64,000 nucleotides of DNA from Roseibacillus sp. (GCA_051251855.1 JBPOGI010000004.1:384001-448000), one strand, 5' to 3'. Counted from the first letter of the stretch, positions 18,729 through 29,768 are shown. The notes: generated from the letters alone by a model not told the origin. Numbers and translations are program-made.

Positions 18729-20168
18729 ATGACTCTCATCAAACACTCAGCGCTCGCCTTGCTGCTCACCCTCGCCAGCCTCTCGGCAGAAAAACTCCCT
18801 AACTTCCTCGTCATCGTTGTCGACGACCTCGGTTACATGGACATCGGAGCCAACAACCCTGACTGCTTTTACGAGACTCCACATATCGACGCCCTTGCCA
18901 AATCAGGGATGCGCTTCACTGACGGCTACGCCTCCAACCCCGTCTGTTCACCCACCCGCTACAGCCTCATCACCGGCAAATATCCCACCCAGGTCGATGC
19001 CACCAATTTCTTCAGCGGCAAGCGTGGCGGCAAATTCAATCCCGCCCCTCTCAACGACAAAATGCCCTTGGAGGAAGTGACCGTTGCACAAGCCCTCAAG
19101 GACAAGGACTATAATACTTTCTTCGCTGGAAAATGGCACCTTGGCCCCTCCAAAGAATACTATCCGCAAAACCGCGGCTTCGACATCAACATTGGCGGTT
19201 ACCACAAAGGAGGACCCTACACCGGAAAGAAATATTTCGCCCCCTTCAAGAATCCCGAAATCGAAGAAGAAAGTCCTGATGGCGAGCATCTCCCGACTCG
19301 CCTCGCCCGCGAGACCACCCAGTTCATCGACGAAAACAAAGACTCCCCTTTCCTCGCCTATCTCGCCTTCTACTCCGTCCACACCCCTCTGATGGGACGT
19401 CCCGACCTCGTCGAAAAATACAAGAAGAAGGCTGCATCCATCACTGGAAAAGAATTCGGAAACGAAGAACAAGTCTCTGGTAAAGGTGATCGGAAAGTCC
19501 GTATCCTACAGAATCACGCAGTCTACGGAGCGATGGTGGAAGCCATGGATGAAGCCATCGGCACCGTCCTTCAACACCTCGAAGCAACCGGCCTCGACGA
19601 AAACACCGTCGTCATCTTCACCTCCGACAACGGCGGCCTCTCCACTTCCGAAGGCCTCCCCACCTCCAATCTTCCTCTTCGTGGCGGCAAAGGCTGGGTC
19701 TACGAAGGCGGCATTCGCATCCCGTGGATTATTCGTTATCCCGGCGTCACCCAACCCAACACCACTAACGCCGAGCCCATCTCCTCCATCGACCTCTACC
19801 CCACCCTCACCACCGCTGCCGGCATCACCACCGAGCACTCCATCGACGGCATCGACTTGGCACCAGCACTCAAAGGCGAAGACCTCGGGCGCAAATCCCT
19901 CTTCTGGCACTACCCTCACTACAGCAACCAAGGAGGAATCCCCGGCGGAGCCATTCGCGAGGGCGACTACAAACTCTTTGAACGCTACGAAGACGGAAGC
20001 GTCCACCTCTACAACCTCAAAGAAGACATTGGTGAACAAAACGACCTATCCAAAGAGAACCCCGAACTCGTCAAGGAAATGCGCTCTCGCCTTCATCAAT
20101 GGTATCAGGACGTCGACGCTAAATTCCTCCAGAAAAAGAAAGGCAGCCCCGAGCCCTGGAAGCCGTAA
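18729..20168 (+). CDS. Formylglycine-dependent sulfatase (S1 family)
   Basis: PNFLVIVVDDLG, CSPTR, GKWHLG, FTSDNGG, YEGGIRIP. Confidence 0.96.
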   Translation: MTLIKHSALALLLTLASLSAEKLPNFLVIVVDDLGYMDIGANNPDCFYETPHIDALAKSGMRFTDGYASNPVCSPTRYSLITGKYPTQVDATNFFSGKRGGKFNPAPLNDKMPLEEVTVAQALKDKDYNTFFAGKWHLGPSKEYYPQNRGFDINIGGYHKGGPYTGKKYFAPFKNPEIEEESPDGEHLPTRLARETTQFIDENKDSPFLAYLAFYSVHTPLMGRPDLVEKYKKKAASITGKEFGNEEQVSGKGDRKVRILQNHAVYGAMVEAMDEAIGTVLQHLEATGLDENTVVIFTSDNGGLSTSEGLPTSNLPLRGGKGWVYEGGIRIPWIIRYPGVTQPNTTNAEPISSIDLYPTLTTAAGITTEHSIDGIDLAPALKGEDLGRKSLFWHYPHYSNQGGIPGGAIREGDYKLFERYEDGSVHLYNLKEDIGEQNDLSKENPELVKEMRSRLHQWYQDVDAKFLQKKKGSPEPWKP

Positions 20169-20220
20169 GCTTGGGATTATCCTTGCGGCCCCACGATGCC
20201 CTTTGCTTAGCTGCTAGGGT

Positions 20221-20973
20221 ATGAAAATACCTTTCTTCGCCCTTTGTTCACTAACTTTCACAGGCCTCTCTCTAGCTCAAGCACCCTCCGACTTCGATCC
20301 TCTTGGTGAGAACCTCAACCTCCCGAAGCAAATTCGAGTGATGGTGGAGTTCATAGAGGTCCCCCTTCCCGAACTCACTAAACTCCTCGCCGATCCGCGA
20401 AAGTCCGCCAATGACGGCGACCTCCGTGAGGCGGTTGGCAAGCTCATCACAGCCGGAACCGCAAAGCACTACGACACCCAACTTGTCATTGCACGCTCTG
20501 GTGAGACCGCAACCGCAGAAGCTATTCTAGAATACATCTATCCCACCGAATACGACCCCTTCGGCGCCACCAGCGGAAAGACTTCTTCAGAGTCATCTGA
20601 GAAGAACTCACCCACCCCTTCGGTCATCGTTCCTCCGACTCCCACCGCCTTCGAAACCCGAAACACCGGCGGCACTCTTGAAGTTCAACCCACCATCGGA
20701 GCCAACAATCATATCATCGACCTGCGCTTTGCCCCGGAGATTGTCGAACATGTCAAAAACGAGCTCTGGGGCGAGTGGAAAGGCCCTGATGGCGAAGTCC
20801 CCATCCAGATGCCCTCCTTTTTCAGCTCTCGCTCGAATAGCGGTCTTACCATGATTGACGGCCAATATTCTCTCGCTGCCACCGCCTCCATGCTCGGTGA
20901 AGACCAAAAGCCTGATCATCAGCGCAAGCTGCTCTTCTTTGTGCGAGCCGATATTCTGACCGTTGGCCGCTAA
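20221..20973 (+). CDS. Stand-alone secretin-like domain protein (resembles the C-terminal part of Amuc_1098-type secretins)
   Basis: ARSGETA..EYIYPTEYDP...PTAFETRNTGGTLEVQPTIG...IDLRFAPEIV. Confidence 0.65.
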   Translation: MKIPFFALCSLTFTGLSLAQAPSDFDPLGENLNLPKQIRVMVEFIEVPLPELTKLLADPRKSANDGDLREAVGKLITAGTAKHYDTQLVIARSGETATAEAILEYIYPTEYDPFGATSGKTSSESSEKNSPTPSVIVPPTPTAFETRNTGGTLEVQPTIGANNHIIDLRFAPEIVEHVKNELWGEWKGPDGEVPIQMPSFFSSRSNSGLTMIDGQYSLAATASMLGEDQKPDHQRKLLFFVRADILTVGR

Positions 20974-21000
20974 CAGCACGACAACAAAGGCCCCTGTCTC

Positions 21001-24000
21001 ATGTTTCGACTACTTCTCTTCGCCCTTCTATGCGGCCCTCTTTTCGCGGCCGATGGACAACTCCCCCAAATCGTCTGCCGCGATGCCCGAGGTCAGTCCT
21101 TTCCGCTCGACCTCGAACGCTTCGAGATGAAGGTAGCCATTCACGAGGACCTTGCCGAAACCACCCTCACCCTCACCTTTCGAAATGACACCAGCCGCCA
21201 ACTCGAAGGGGACTTCCTCCTTCCATTGCCCCCAAACTCCAATATTTCAAGCTATGCCCTCGAGGTGAATGGCGCTTTTCGCGAAGCCGTTGCCGTCGAA
21301 AAAGAGCGGGCCAAGCTCGCCTACGAAACCATCAAGCGCCGCGGAATCGACCCCGGCATCGTCGAGAAAGAACCCGACAACCTCTATCGCACCCGCATCT
21401 TCCCCATCGAACCCCGCAGCACCAAAAGCGTGCGCATCTCCTACCTCGAATATCTCTCCATCAACGGACCTCCTCCCTATCGCCCCACCTATCGCTACCC
21501 CTTCAACTTCACCTCCGAAGTTGGCACCATCTCCATTCGCATCGAAGAGCCCAATGAAGCCCTCATCGACCACCCCGATTTAAAGTTCATCGAAACAAGC
21601 GAAGGAGCCATGCAAGCCACCCTCCAAAACCAGACCCTCGCCGGGGAACTTACCATCGAGTCGAAAGACCCTCATCGTCCCAGCCTGCTGCTATCGAAAC
21701 AAACCAACAAGCAACAATTCGGCTACCTCACTCTCAGCCACAGCTCCCTTCACACCGCCGAATCACCCCTCGCTACTCAACACAATATTCCAAAAGACCT
21801 AAAAATCATCTGGGACGCTTCTCGATCCATGAAAGGAACCGACTTCACGAAGGTGCACGCCTACCTCGATGCCTTCTTCGAAAAATGCCCCGAAGTCATG
21901 GTGCAGTTGATTCTTCTTCGCAACACCGCTCAAGAAGCCGGGACCTTTTTTGTCAAAGAGGGCGATTGGAGCCTCCTCAAAAAGGCTCTTGAAGCCATCT
22001 CTTACGATGGAGCCAGTGACTTACAAAACTTCCTTGAGAAGGACCACGACCTCACCTTTCTAGTCACCGACGGCAAAATCACTCGTTGGCCTAGTAACAT
22101 CGCGGGCCTCGTTCCAGCTCAACCCATCGTCGCCCTGCTCACTGGCAACCACCATAACACCACTCTCAACCAACTCACCATTCGCTCTGGAGGCCACACC
22201 CTTTCATTACAAAACACTCCAACAAAGGCCGCTATCACACAATCATTTCAAAAGAACTTTCACGTAAGCTCCTCCCAACGTGGAATCACAATTCTCCCCC
22301 TTCCATCAAATAAGCCTCACGTCTCTCGCTATTTGCTTCGAGGCCGCTCCCTCGCCAATGCCAATCTTCAAGTCGCATTCGGAAAGAGCACCCTTCAACC
22401 CCTCGTCATTGAAAACTCCTCCGCTCCGTTCGATCTCCTGAATCGCCTCTCAGGAATCGCCACCCTCAGTCTACTCGAAGACCAAGCAGCATCCCCTTTT
22501 GAGATTATTGAACACTGTAAGAAGCACACCCTCGCCTCCGATCACACCTCCCTCATCGTCCTCGAACGCTTTCAAGATCATATCACTTTCCGCATCCCTC
22601 CTCCTGAACCCGATCTCTTGGTCAAGTATCAGGGTGCTCTGAGAAAGGCGGACTCCCGCATGCAAAAGGCTCTCACCCAGAACTGGGCGCATACTCTCCG
22701 CCTCCATCGACATCATTTTCCCGGAGCTGAATTCTTAGTCTTAGAAGACCTCCAAAGACTAAGAACCTTTACCGAAGCCCAAGATCAAGCCTTTGACCCT
22801 AAGGACCTAGACCCCCAAGTGACACAATCACTGGCTGACTGGAAGAAAGAGGCACACCAACTCCTCAAAAAACAGCAGATGAAGCCCATAGACGAAGAAT
22901 GGCTTAAAGAGACCTCCGCTTTGCGAGCGAAAGCAGCCGAACTTGGCAAGTTGACAGCAGCCCCCCGAGACACCGTCGCCATTTCCGTGCGAGGTTTTGT
23001 CAAATCTCCTGGCACCTTTCGCTATTCCAGCCCCATCACTCTGAAAGAAGCGGCCGAAAAATCGCGGCCCTTTTCTCAGGACAACCTCGGTAGGGTTGCA
23101 CTCTACCGATCGGGCACCAAGACGGTCTACAACACTCTCTCAAAAAACTACCAAGACCTTTCCCTACTCCCCGGTGACATGGTCGTCGTTGAAGAGTTGC
23201 ATCGTCGTTGGGCCGATTCGGATCCGTTTTTTGGGGGCGACCTACCCAGCCTAGAAAACGAACCAGCCGTGATCTCGGCTCCCCCGAAGGAACCCATCCC
23301 CTTACAAATCCCCACTTTCTCATCCGACCTCAGCGGAGAAAGTCATGCCTTTGGAAACCCCACCTCAGATAAATCGCAAGCCTCCCCCAACGAGCCTATC
23401 CCCATCGCTCTTCGTGCTTTGACCCTTCACAAAAAAGGCCAAGTTGAAGAAGCCCAGCAACAGCTCTCGAACTTGAGAGAACTCTTCCCCGGTAACCTCG
23501 CAGCACGGCGAGTCGAGGGCTTTGTCTTGGCGCATTGGGGAGATGCTCAGGCCGCTGAAAGCATCTACCATCAGCTCATCTCTCTCAACTCTGAAGACTC
23601 ACTCACCACCAGCCTTCTTGCACAACTCATGGTCACTCGGGATGAAACAGCGGAAGCCCTTGAAGTGTATCAGACCTTTATCGACGGCTTGACCCAATAC
23701 CAGAGCCTTCCCGCGACCTCCATCCTCCTCTCTGATCGCAACAACCTCCTTACGAATTCATCTGGAAATGCTCAACAAGAACCCCTCCCCCAAGACCTGA
23801 GAATCGTCATCACCAACCTCCACCCTGCACCGTCTTTCGCTATCTCGGTCACCGACCCTTTCGGACTCACTTCAGATCGACATAAACCTTCCCTTACCGG
23901 CGTCCTCATCAAGTCCACCATTGGACTGACTGAGGTCATTGACCGCGAGGCGAGCAAAGGCACCTACAAACTTGCAGCTCGCTGCAATCGAAAGCAATTG

Positions 24001-24123
24001 TTAGAAATCACCATTTACCGTAACTTCGGAAAAGCAGAAGAAAATGTTACTCGGCGAATCGTTTCGCTACCAGCAAGCGGTGGAAGCGAACTCACCCTCC
24101 TCGAGTCAATCGAGATACAATAG
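21001..24123 (+). CDS. VIT-domain protein with vWA-like, SLBB, TPR and C-terminal beta domain
   Basis: AETTLTLTFRN...LEGDF.LPLP..ISSYALEVNG..REAVAVEK (VIT); IIWDASRSM; SVRGFVKSPG...LLPGDMVVV (SLBB). Confidence 0.8.
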   Translation: MFRLLLFALLCGPLFAADGQLPQIVCRDARGQSFPLDLERFEMKVAIHEDLAETTLTLTFRNDTSRQLEGDFLLPLPPNSNISSYALEVNGAFREAVAVEKERAKLAYETIKRRGIDPGIVEKEPDNLYRTRIFPIEPRSTKSVRISYLEYLSINGPPPYRPTYRYPFNFTSEVGTISIRIEEPNEALIDHPDLKFIETSEGAMQATLQNQTLAGELTIESKDPHRPSLLLSKQTNKQQFGYLTLSHSSLHTAESPLATQHNIPKDLKIIWDASRSMKGTDFTKVHAYLDAFFEKCPEVMVQLILLRNTAQEAGTFFVKEGDWSLLKKALEAISYDGASDLQNFLEKDHDLTFLVTDGKITRWPSNIAGLVPAQPIVALLTGNHHNTTLNQLTIRSGGHTLSLQNTPTKAAITQSFQKNFHVSSSQRGITILPLPSNKPHVSRYLLRGRSLANANLQVAFGKSTLQPLVIENSSAPFDLLNRLSGIATLSLLEDQAASPFEIIEHCKKHTLASDHTSLIVLERFQDHITFRIPPPEPDLLVKYQGALRKADSRMQKALTQNWAHTLRLHRHHFPGAEFLVLEDLQRLRTFTEAQDQAFDPKDLDPQVTQSLADWKKEAHQLLKKQQMKPIDEEWLKETSALRAKAAELGKLTAAPRDTVAISVRGFVKSPGTFRYSSPITLKEAAEKSRPFSQDNLGRVALYRSGTKTVYNTLSKNYQDLSLLPGDMVVVEELHRRWADSDPFFGGDLPSLENEPAVISAPPKEPIPLQIPTFSSDLSGESHAFGNPTSDKSQASPNEPIPIALRALTLHKKGQVEEAQQQLSNLRELFPGNLAARRVEGFVLAHWGDAQAAESIYHQLISLNSEDSLTTSLLAQLMVTRDETAEALEVYQTFIDGLTQYQSLPATSILLSDRNNLLTNSSGNAQQEPLPQDLRIVITNLHPAPSFAISVTDPFGLTSDRHKPSLTGVLIKSTIGLTEVIDREASKGTYKLAARCNRKQLLEITIYRNFGKAEENVTRRIVSLPASGGSELTLLESIEIQ

Positions 24124-24124
24124 C

Positions 24125-26353
24125 TTAAACCGCCCTATGCGTCTCACTCTGTGGCGCTGGGGCAGGAGCCGGCATAGGCTCATTCTCACCTTTGGGTGAT
24201 ACTTCGCGAACTTCGGAGGGGTAGCTCACTGGTTCGATAACAGGACCTCGGTCTCCACGACGACGGCGGCGCCCGCCATCGTTCCAAATAAAACCAGTGA
24301 CATTCGCACCTGCCGAAACAAGGATTTCTCCCGTCTCTTTAAGGTGACGATACTTTCCTTTGCCCTTCTGAGCCACAAGATAGGTTGCTCCAATATGGCG
24401 AGCCACCGCCTGCACATCATCGCACTCGAGGGCCGAAGACATATCAAAAATCACACGATCAACCATGGGCGTAATCGCCGACAAAAGTTGGCGTAAGCCA
24501 GGACCAGAAAGCAGGTCCCCGCTATCTCCCTCAACGCCTCCAGTCGGCAAAAACCAGAGACCAGGCAAGCCCGTCTCAAAGAGAACCTCGGCAGGTTCCG
24601 CTTCGCCCATCAGATAAGCAGCTAATCCATGCCTCCCCGCGCGCTGTCGGGAATACTCACGACTCAATCCAGGCGAACTAAAGTCGGCATCGATCACCAA
24701 AGTACGGTAACCTTGCTTCACCATCGTTCGGGCACACTTCATCACGCAAAGCGTTTTGCCATCACCATCGAACGGACTTGCAAAAAGAAGGCTCTGCATT
24801 TGCTCCTCACCCTCGCGAGGAGTGGGAGTATAGCGCGCAAGGTGAGCTGGCCGATTGAGCATCGCCATTCCATCACCCGACACGCTCAGATCATTGATAA
24901 CATCTCGTCCATAGACAGGAAGGCGAGCCAGCATCGGCACACGCAACTTCCTTTCCAACGCACTTGGCTCCCGAACACGTGGATCCGATATTGCAAATAG
25001 AAGAGCAAGCCCCGTCCCTAACAGACCTCCAAGAAAACAACCTACCAAGACCAATCCCAATTTATTAGGCGCACTTGGCTCTACCGGCACTAGTGGGTGG
25101 GCATCCCAACTCAAGAACGAGGCACTGAGAGCTGCTCCAATCTGAGTTTCCTGCAACTGCATCGCAACCCGGGAATGCAAATTGCGATCAATCTCAGCCG
25201 CTCTTGTGAGCTGTGAGAACTCCTCCCTAATTCCCTCATCATTAATGGCATCAGTCTTCGCCTCCTCAACCAACCCTTTCAGCTCTTTTTCGCGAGAAAG
25301 CGAAACTTTCAAGTCGTTCTCGAGGCCCGCTTCAGCCTCAGCCAACACCTGAGCTAGGCTTTGCTCCAAGCGCTTCAATTCATTGTCGGCCTCAATAAAA
25401 GTGGGATGCTTATACTTGTAGCGCTCCTTGATTTTCGCAAACTCCGCCTTCTTGGCCGCAATGTCCCCTTCTAGCGCTAGCACCAATTGACCCCGCTCTC
25501 CTCGCGCTGCCAAATTAGGTGCAGAGACTCCATCGGGCCTTGCCGCCAATGCTCGAAACTGAGTATCCAGACGTAGCCGCTCATTTTCCGCTGTCGAGAG
25601 TTCCTGATTCAGCAATTCAAGCTTACTCGTCTGTAATCTTTCTTGGTCTCCGCTCAGTCCAAGGACCGAGTTCTCTGCTCGAAATTCTTGCAGACGCTTT
25701 TCAGACTCCACCATCTTCTCCCGCATCCGCTGCTCTTGCGCTGCCAACTGGGCAGTCGTCTTGGTGACCAAATCACTCCGGCCTCCATCCTGCCAATCCT
25801 CGTATTCTTCGACGATACTCTCCACAATGAGAGAGGCTCTTTGCGGGTCGGTATCTTTTACCTGAATATCCATCAGGCGAGTGCCCTTTCGCAACTCAAT
25901 CGAGACCCGAGAACTCAGCGTATCCAGAATCGCCTGAGGCTCGAGTCCGCCCGCTTGAAAAAGTGGGTCCGAAGCCAAATTATGTTTCTCCGCAACGCGC
26001 AACAGGACAGTTGCGGAGAGAAGACCTTGCTCCACCGTCTTCATCTTCTCCAAGTCGTTCGATCCTTCTTGCGCAAGAGGATTGCCCGAGAACACCTCTG
26101 GAGCCTTGGTCTTAATGTAGAGACTACCATACGACGTGTAGAGCACTGGCAGTGTGGAGACGTAATAGAACATTCCAATTGCGCCTATGATGAAGCAAAC
26201 CACAGGTATCCAACACCAGCGGATGACCGCATTTAGAACCTCTCGAAAATCAATCTTGGGCATCTTCGCAGCAGCTGGGGGCAAAGCCTGAGTAGGCTCT
26301 TGCGCCGTCTGCTCCGAAGGAAGCTGATTGGATTGTGGAATTAGTGAACTCAC
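24125..26353 (-). CDS. Polysaccharide co-polymerase (Wzc/GumC family) with kinase-like domain, no Tyr cluster
   Basis: Two TM segments around coiled coil, YKYKHP, PVEPSAPNK, GDGKT, VIDAD. Confidence 0.88.
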   Translation of the reverse strand: MSSLIPQSNQLPSEQTAQEPTQALPPAAAKMPKIDFREVLNAVIRWCWIPVVCFIIGAIGMFYYVSTLPVLYTSYGSLYIKTKAPEVFSGNPLAQEGSNDLEKMKTVEQGLLSATVLLRVAEKHNLASDPLFQAGGLEPQAILDTLSSRVSIELRKGTRLMDIQVKDTDPQRASLIVESIVEEYEDWQDGGRSDLVTKTTAQLAAQEQRMREKMVESEKRLQEFRAENSVLGLSGDQERLQTSKLELLNQELSTAENERLRLDTQFRALAARPDGVSAPNLAARGERGQLVLALEGDIAAKKAEFAKIKERYKYKHPTFIEADNELKRLEQSLAQVLAEAEAGLENDLKVSLSREKELKGLVEEAKTDAINDEGIREEFSQLTRAAEIDRNLHSRVAMQLQETQIGAALSASFLSWDAHPLVPVEPSAPNKLGLVLVGCFLGGLLGTGLALLFAISDPRVREPSALERKLRVPMLARLPVYGRDVINDLSVSGDGMAMLNRPAHLARYTPTPREGEEQMQSLLFASPFDGDGKTLCVMKCARTMVKQGYRTLVIDADFSSPGLSREYSRQRAGRHGLAAYLMGEAEPAEVLFETGLPGLWFLPTGGVEGDSGDLLSGPGLRQLLSAITPMVDRVIFDMSSALECDDVQAVARHIGATYLVAQKGKGKYRHLKETGEILVSAGANVTGFIWNDGGRRRRRGDRGPVIEPVSYPSEVREVSPKGENEPMPAPAPAPQSETHRAV

Positions 26354-26390
26354 GAGTAAAATGGGGGGAAATCGATAGCGATCGCGACGA

Positions 26391-26969
26391 TTAAAAGAAA
26401 CCTTCTGGCACCCAAATGAAATCGTCTTTCTTCAAAACGATGTCGTTCTTTTTACCAGAAATAATATCCTTCAAATTGATGAATTGAGCTTTGCCCGTCG
26501 AACCAGACGTCAGAGTAATTTTTTTGAGGTTGGCAACATCATTAGCGCCCCCCGCCATACTGATGACTTGCCTGAGAGTGAGAGACTGACCATGAGGCAG
26601 TGTGAAAACCCCAGGCCGGTTCACCTCACCATCAACACTCACGGTATGGATCTGCCGTTTGGTGATTCGAACAGTGACCTCAGGGCGGACCAAATAACCA
26701 TCCAACAACTTCTTCTCAATGAGAGTCTCCGCACTCGAAGTCGTCTTCCCCGCCAAGCTCACCGAACCAATCAAAGGAATCGTAATCGAGCCATCCTTCG
26801 CCAATTGCACATTTGTATTCAAATCCGGCTCGCGATGAACCGAAACACTCACCGTATCCGAAGACGAAATAAGGCCACTCATTCCAGCGTTAGGTGCCTC
26901 AACCTGCGCCACTACCGAACCCAGCAGGACAGTGAACATGAATAGACCCAGCGTAAAAAAATTTCTCAT
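26391..26969 (-). CDS. Polysaccharide export protein (OPX/Wza-like, Poly_export plus SLBB)
   Basis: DGSITIPLIGSVSLAGKT, YLVRPEVTV, VDGEVNRPG. Confidence 0.9.
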   Translation of the reverse strand: MRNFFTLGLFMFTVLLGSVVAQVEAPNAGMSGLISSSDTVSVSVHREPDLNTNVQLAKDGSITIPLIGSVSLAGKTTSSAETLIEKKLLDGYLVRPEVTVRITKRQIHTVSVDGEVNRPGVFTLPHGQSLTLRQVISMAGGANDVANLKKITLTSGSTGKAQFINLKDIISGKKNDIVLKKDDFIWVPEGFF

Positions 26970-26974
26970 TATTG

Positions 26975-28234
26975 TTAGAATCGGTAGTTCATTGAGACAC
27001 CCAGCTGCTGATTACTGTAGCCAAAGTCCGAGTCGGTGGAGTCACTCTTGGACCACTGATAGAGAACGACGAGCTCTGAGTCCTCACCAAAGGAGTAACG
27101 CAAAGACGGTCGCACATAGGTGATGGTATCCTCTCGTCCCGACTCAGGGAGTCCTGCAATACCAAAGTAATCTGTCGTCTCACGACCAACCTCGAGTCCA
27201 ACACTCCAACCATCTCGCAATCGCTGGTTGACTCCTGCCCGAATCCCCATGAGTTGGAAGTTCTCCCCTTCCAACGCAGCTGACGCCTCTTCCCGTCGAT
27301 AAGCTTCGAGGTAGAGAGCAGTCTTGGCCCGAGGTGTCCAATCTACGCGTGCCGCCAAATACGGCTCAACTCCCGATCCAACTTCATAATTGCGATACTC
27401 CATCCCTCCCTCTAAAGAAAAACTCACTTTGGAACGTGGACTCCAAAGAGCCTGTAATCCTAGCCGGTGAAACGTCTGCTTGCCCGAGCCATCGACCTCT
27501 ACTTGTCCGAAACGGTAAGCAGCTTCCACCTGCGTCTTGCGCGAGTGACGATAGCGAGCTGCGATCCCTGCAGATGATTGATAGAAGTCAAAGAAGGCTG
27601 GCTCTACCTGATCCACTACAGCCCGATCCGCAAAAAACTCATAAGACACCTTTCCCTTGGGGGTGTATGTCACTCCTGCGCGCCCCCCCCATTCGTGTCG
27701 ATCAGAAGCGCCTCCAATATCAGCACTGGGACTTCCAACCTTCGCCCAGCCTGCCGAATACGCGAGGGAAAGCGTCTTCCCTTTGACTCCGCCATCGACC
27801 GAAACACGATGGTCAATACGGCTATCTTCGGTTTGAGCAAAATAAACAATCGCTGCCGCCTCATAGGCGAGTCTGACCCAAGTGCCGTCTTTCGAGCCTG
27901 CAGTCCAACCTACGGAGGGCTCCAATTGAGCAACCAGACTACTGGTCTCGTTATCAGGAGTCTGAAAAATGTTGTTGTCGTAGGCGAGGGAAGAAACGAG
28001 GGAAATGTCTAACCCCTTCTTGAAGGAGACCTTTTCAGCTCCCTGACTCCGCACCGCACGACGATCCAGCTTATTATCCATGCGTTGGTCAGTACGACCT
28101 TGACCTATTGCCATGATAGAGGACCCCGCCAAACAGACAGAGACGATACCTGCACCACGAAAAAAGAATATTTTTTGGAAAAACGCCACGAAGATGGCCC
28201 AGATTATAAAATATCGCTCAAAAAAACAAATCAT
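26975..28234 (-). CDS. Outer-membrane beta-barrel protein of polysaccharide export locus
   Basis: YDNNIF motif, alternating beta strands, C-terminal ..VSMNYRF; start uncertain. Confidence 0.82.
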   Translation of the reverse strand: MICFFERYFIIWAIFVAFFQKIFFFRGAGIVSVCLAGSSIMAIGQGRTDQRMDNKLDRRAVRSQGAEKVSFKKGLDISLVSSLAYDNNIFQTPDNETSSLVAQLEPSVGWTAGSKDGTWVRLAYEAAAIVYFAQTEDSRIDHRVSVDGGVKGKTLSLAYSAGWAKVGSPSADIGGASDRHEWGGRAGVTYTPKGKVSYEFFADRAVVDQVEPAFFDFYQSSAGIAARYRHSRKTQVEAAYRFGQVEVDGSGKQTFHRLGLQALWSPRSKVSFSLEGGMEYRNYEVGSGVEPYLAARVDWTPRAKTALYLEAYRREEASAALEGENFQLMGIRAGVNQRLRDGWSVGLEVGRETTDYFGIAGLPESGREDTITYVRPSLRYSFGEDSELVVLYQWSKSDSTDSDFGYSNQQLGVSMNYRF

Positions 28235-28481
28235 TTCACACGACTTGATTAGTTTTCCGAATCAATATGTAGTTCACACCAAAACCAAACCGCCTAAAAT
28301 AATGCTTAACCAACTATAAACAAGTGATTTACAAACCCCACGGAAAAGGACAAGAACAAGGAAAACTGTTAACCAAATTTACGTATTTCTCACAACCTCG
28401 AAGTCTGTTCACTAAAAATAACAAGAATTATTTCCCGTTTCGCTTTACCCTACGAACCCTCTCTGGCAGTTCTAAGTAGCC

Positions 28482-29768
28482 GTGGATTACGTCCGATTTC
28501 ATTGCCCAGCTTGCAACCACCTCCTTGTCGTTCCTCCGGAAGCGGCCGGCATGACTGGTCCCTGCCCAAACTGCCAGACCACCATTCAAGGCCCCAATCA
28601 TTTCAATCCCCCCCAACCCCAGCCTTTGAATCCTCCGCAGGAGGACGTTCCTACTCTCTATCCCCAAGATCCTTCCGAAGTCGCTCTCTCCTCACCAGTT
28701 GCAGAATCGTCTCCTCCCGAAAGAGCTCCTATCGAAGTCAGTTCGCCTGCCCCGATACAAGAACAACCCGAGCCTGACCCCTCCCCCATCAGAGAACCTC
28801 TTCCAGCTTCGAAGCCTTATCCCAACCCTCTTTCCTCCAACCAACGACCATCAGGACTCACTTTTGCGCAGGCCTTTGCTCTCTGCTTCGTCTCTTCTCT
28901 CATCTTTTTCGCCCTTGGCTTTGTTTTGGGCAAGTCCGGCGCCGTCAAGTGGGACCAAATCCTAGAAAAAGCGAAAGCCCAACAACCTACAGCCTCCTCC
29001 GATACCAATCTCTCGACTGATAGGAAAGCTGCCGTCGACACTCCAATCATCCCTTTGGAAGTCAAACCAGCAGACCCGACCCAAGAACTGAGCACAGCCC
29101 AAGCTACCTTGGAAGCATTCCTCGCAGCAGATACTTGGGGTGCCCGCAATGCCTACGCCCTCAATTCGAAAGCAGTACTTCCCATGATGGCAGCGAACGC
29201 AACCGTTCATGGTGACGGCCCCATCCCTTTCGAATCCATCACCTTGCATACCGAAGGCCCCAATATGCGCGTGTTTTGGGTGAAGACCAACAACCACCCC
29301 CTTCCTTTCAGTGTCGTGATGCTCAAGGAAGACGACTGGTGGCTCGTAGATTGGCCTGGCTTTGCTGACTTTTACTATGACCGACTCGGCGCATTTTCTC
29401 GAGGTCGTGAAGGCCCGATGAAGGGCGTCTTCCGCGTTCTTTTGAAGGCTGCACCGGGTGAGACCTCGCCACTGAGCCCCTCCCGATGCCTTGTCCGAGC
29501 TCCTCACTCTCCCACATCGTATCAGGTCAACTCTCTTGCTGAATCGCCTGCCCGCCGCAAACTCGCCGAAATCTTCCAAGCCTACCAGCAAGGAGAACCC
29601 GAACGCTTCAAGGATGCAATCACCGGCGATGGAATTCCTCTCATCTTGGAGATTTCCCGCAGCGGGGCCCAGAATCCCACCCTACAACTTGAGCAGGTGA
29701 TAACAACCGGATGGCCTCCTCTCTCTGCACAGCAAACTGAAAAAGATACTTCATCACGCTTTTATTGA
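28482..29768 (+). CDS. Hypothetical membrane protein with N-terminal zinc ribbon
   Basis: CPAC...CPNC, Pro-rich linker, single TM, C-terminal domain. Confidence 0.75.
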   Translation: MDYVRFHCPACNHLLVVPPEAAGMTGPCPNCQTTIQGPNHFNPPQPQPLNPPQEDVPTLYPQDPSEVALSSPVAESSPPERAPIEVSSPAPIQEQPEPDPSPIREPLPASKPYPNPLSSNQRPSGLTFAQAFALCFVSSLIFFALGFVLGKSGAVKWDQILEKAKAQQPTASSDTNLSTDRKAAVDTPIIPLEVKPADPTQELSTAQATLEAFLAADTWGARNAYALNSKAVLPMMAANATVHGDGPIPFESITLHTEGPNMRVFWVKTNNHPLPFSVVMLKEDDWWLVDWPGFADFYYDRLGAFSRGREGPMKGVFRVLLKAAPGETSPLSPSRCLVRAPHSPTSYQVNSLAESPARRKLAEIFQAYQQGEPERFKDAITGDGIPLILEISRSGAQNPTLQLEQVITTGWPPLSAQQTEKDTSSRFY

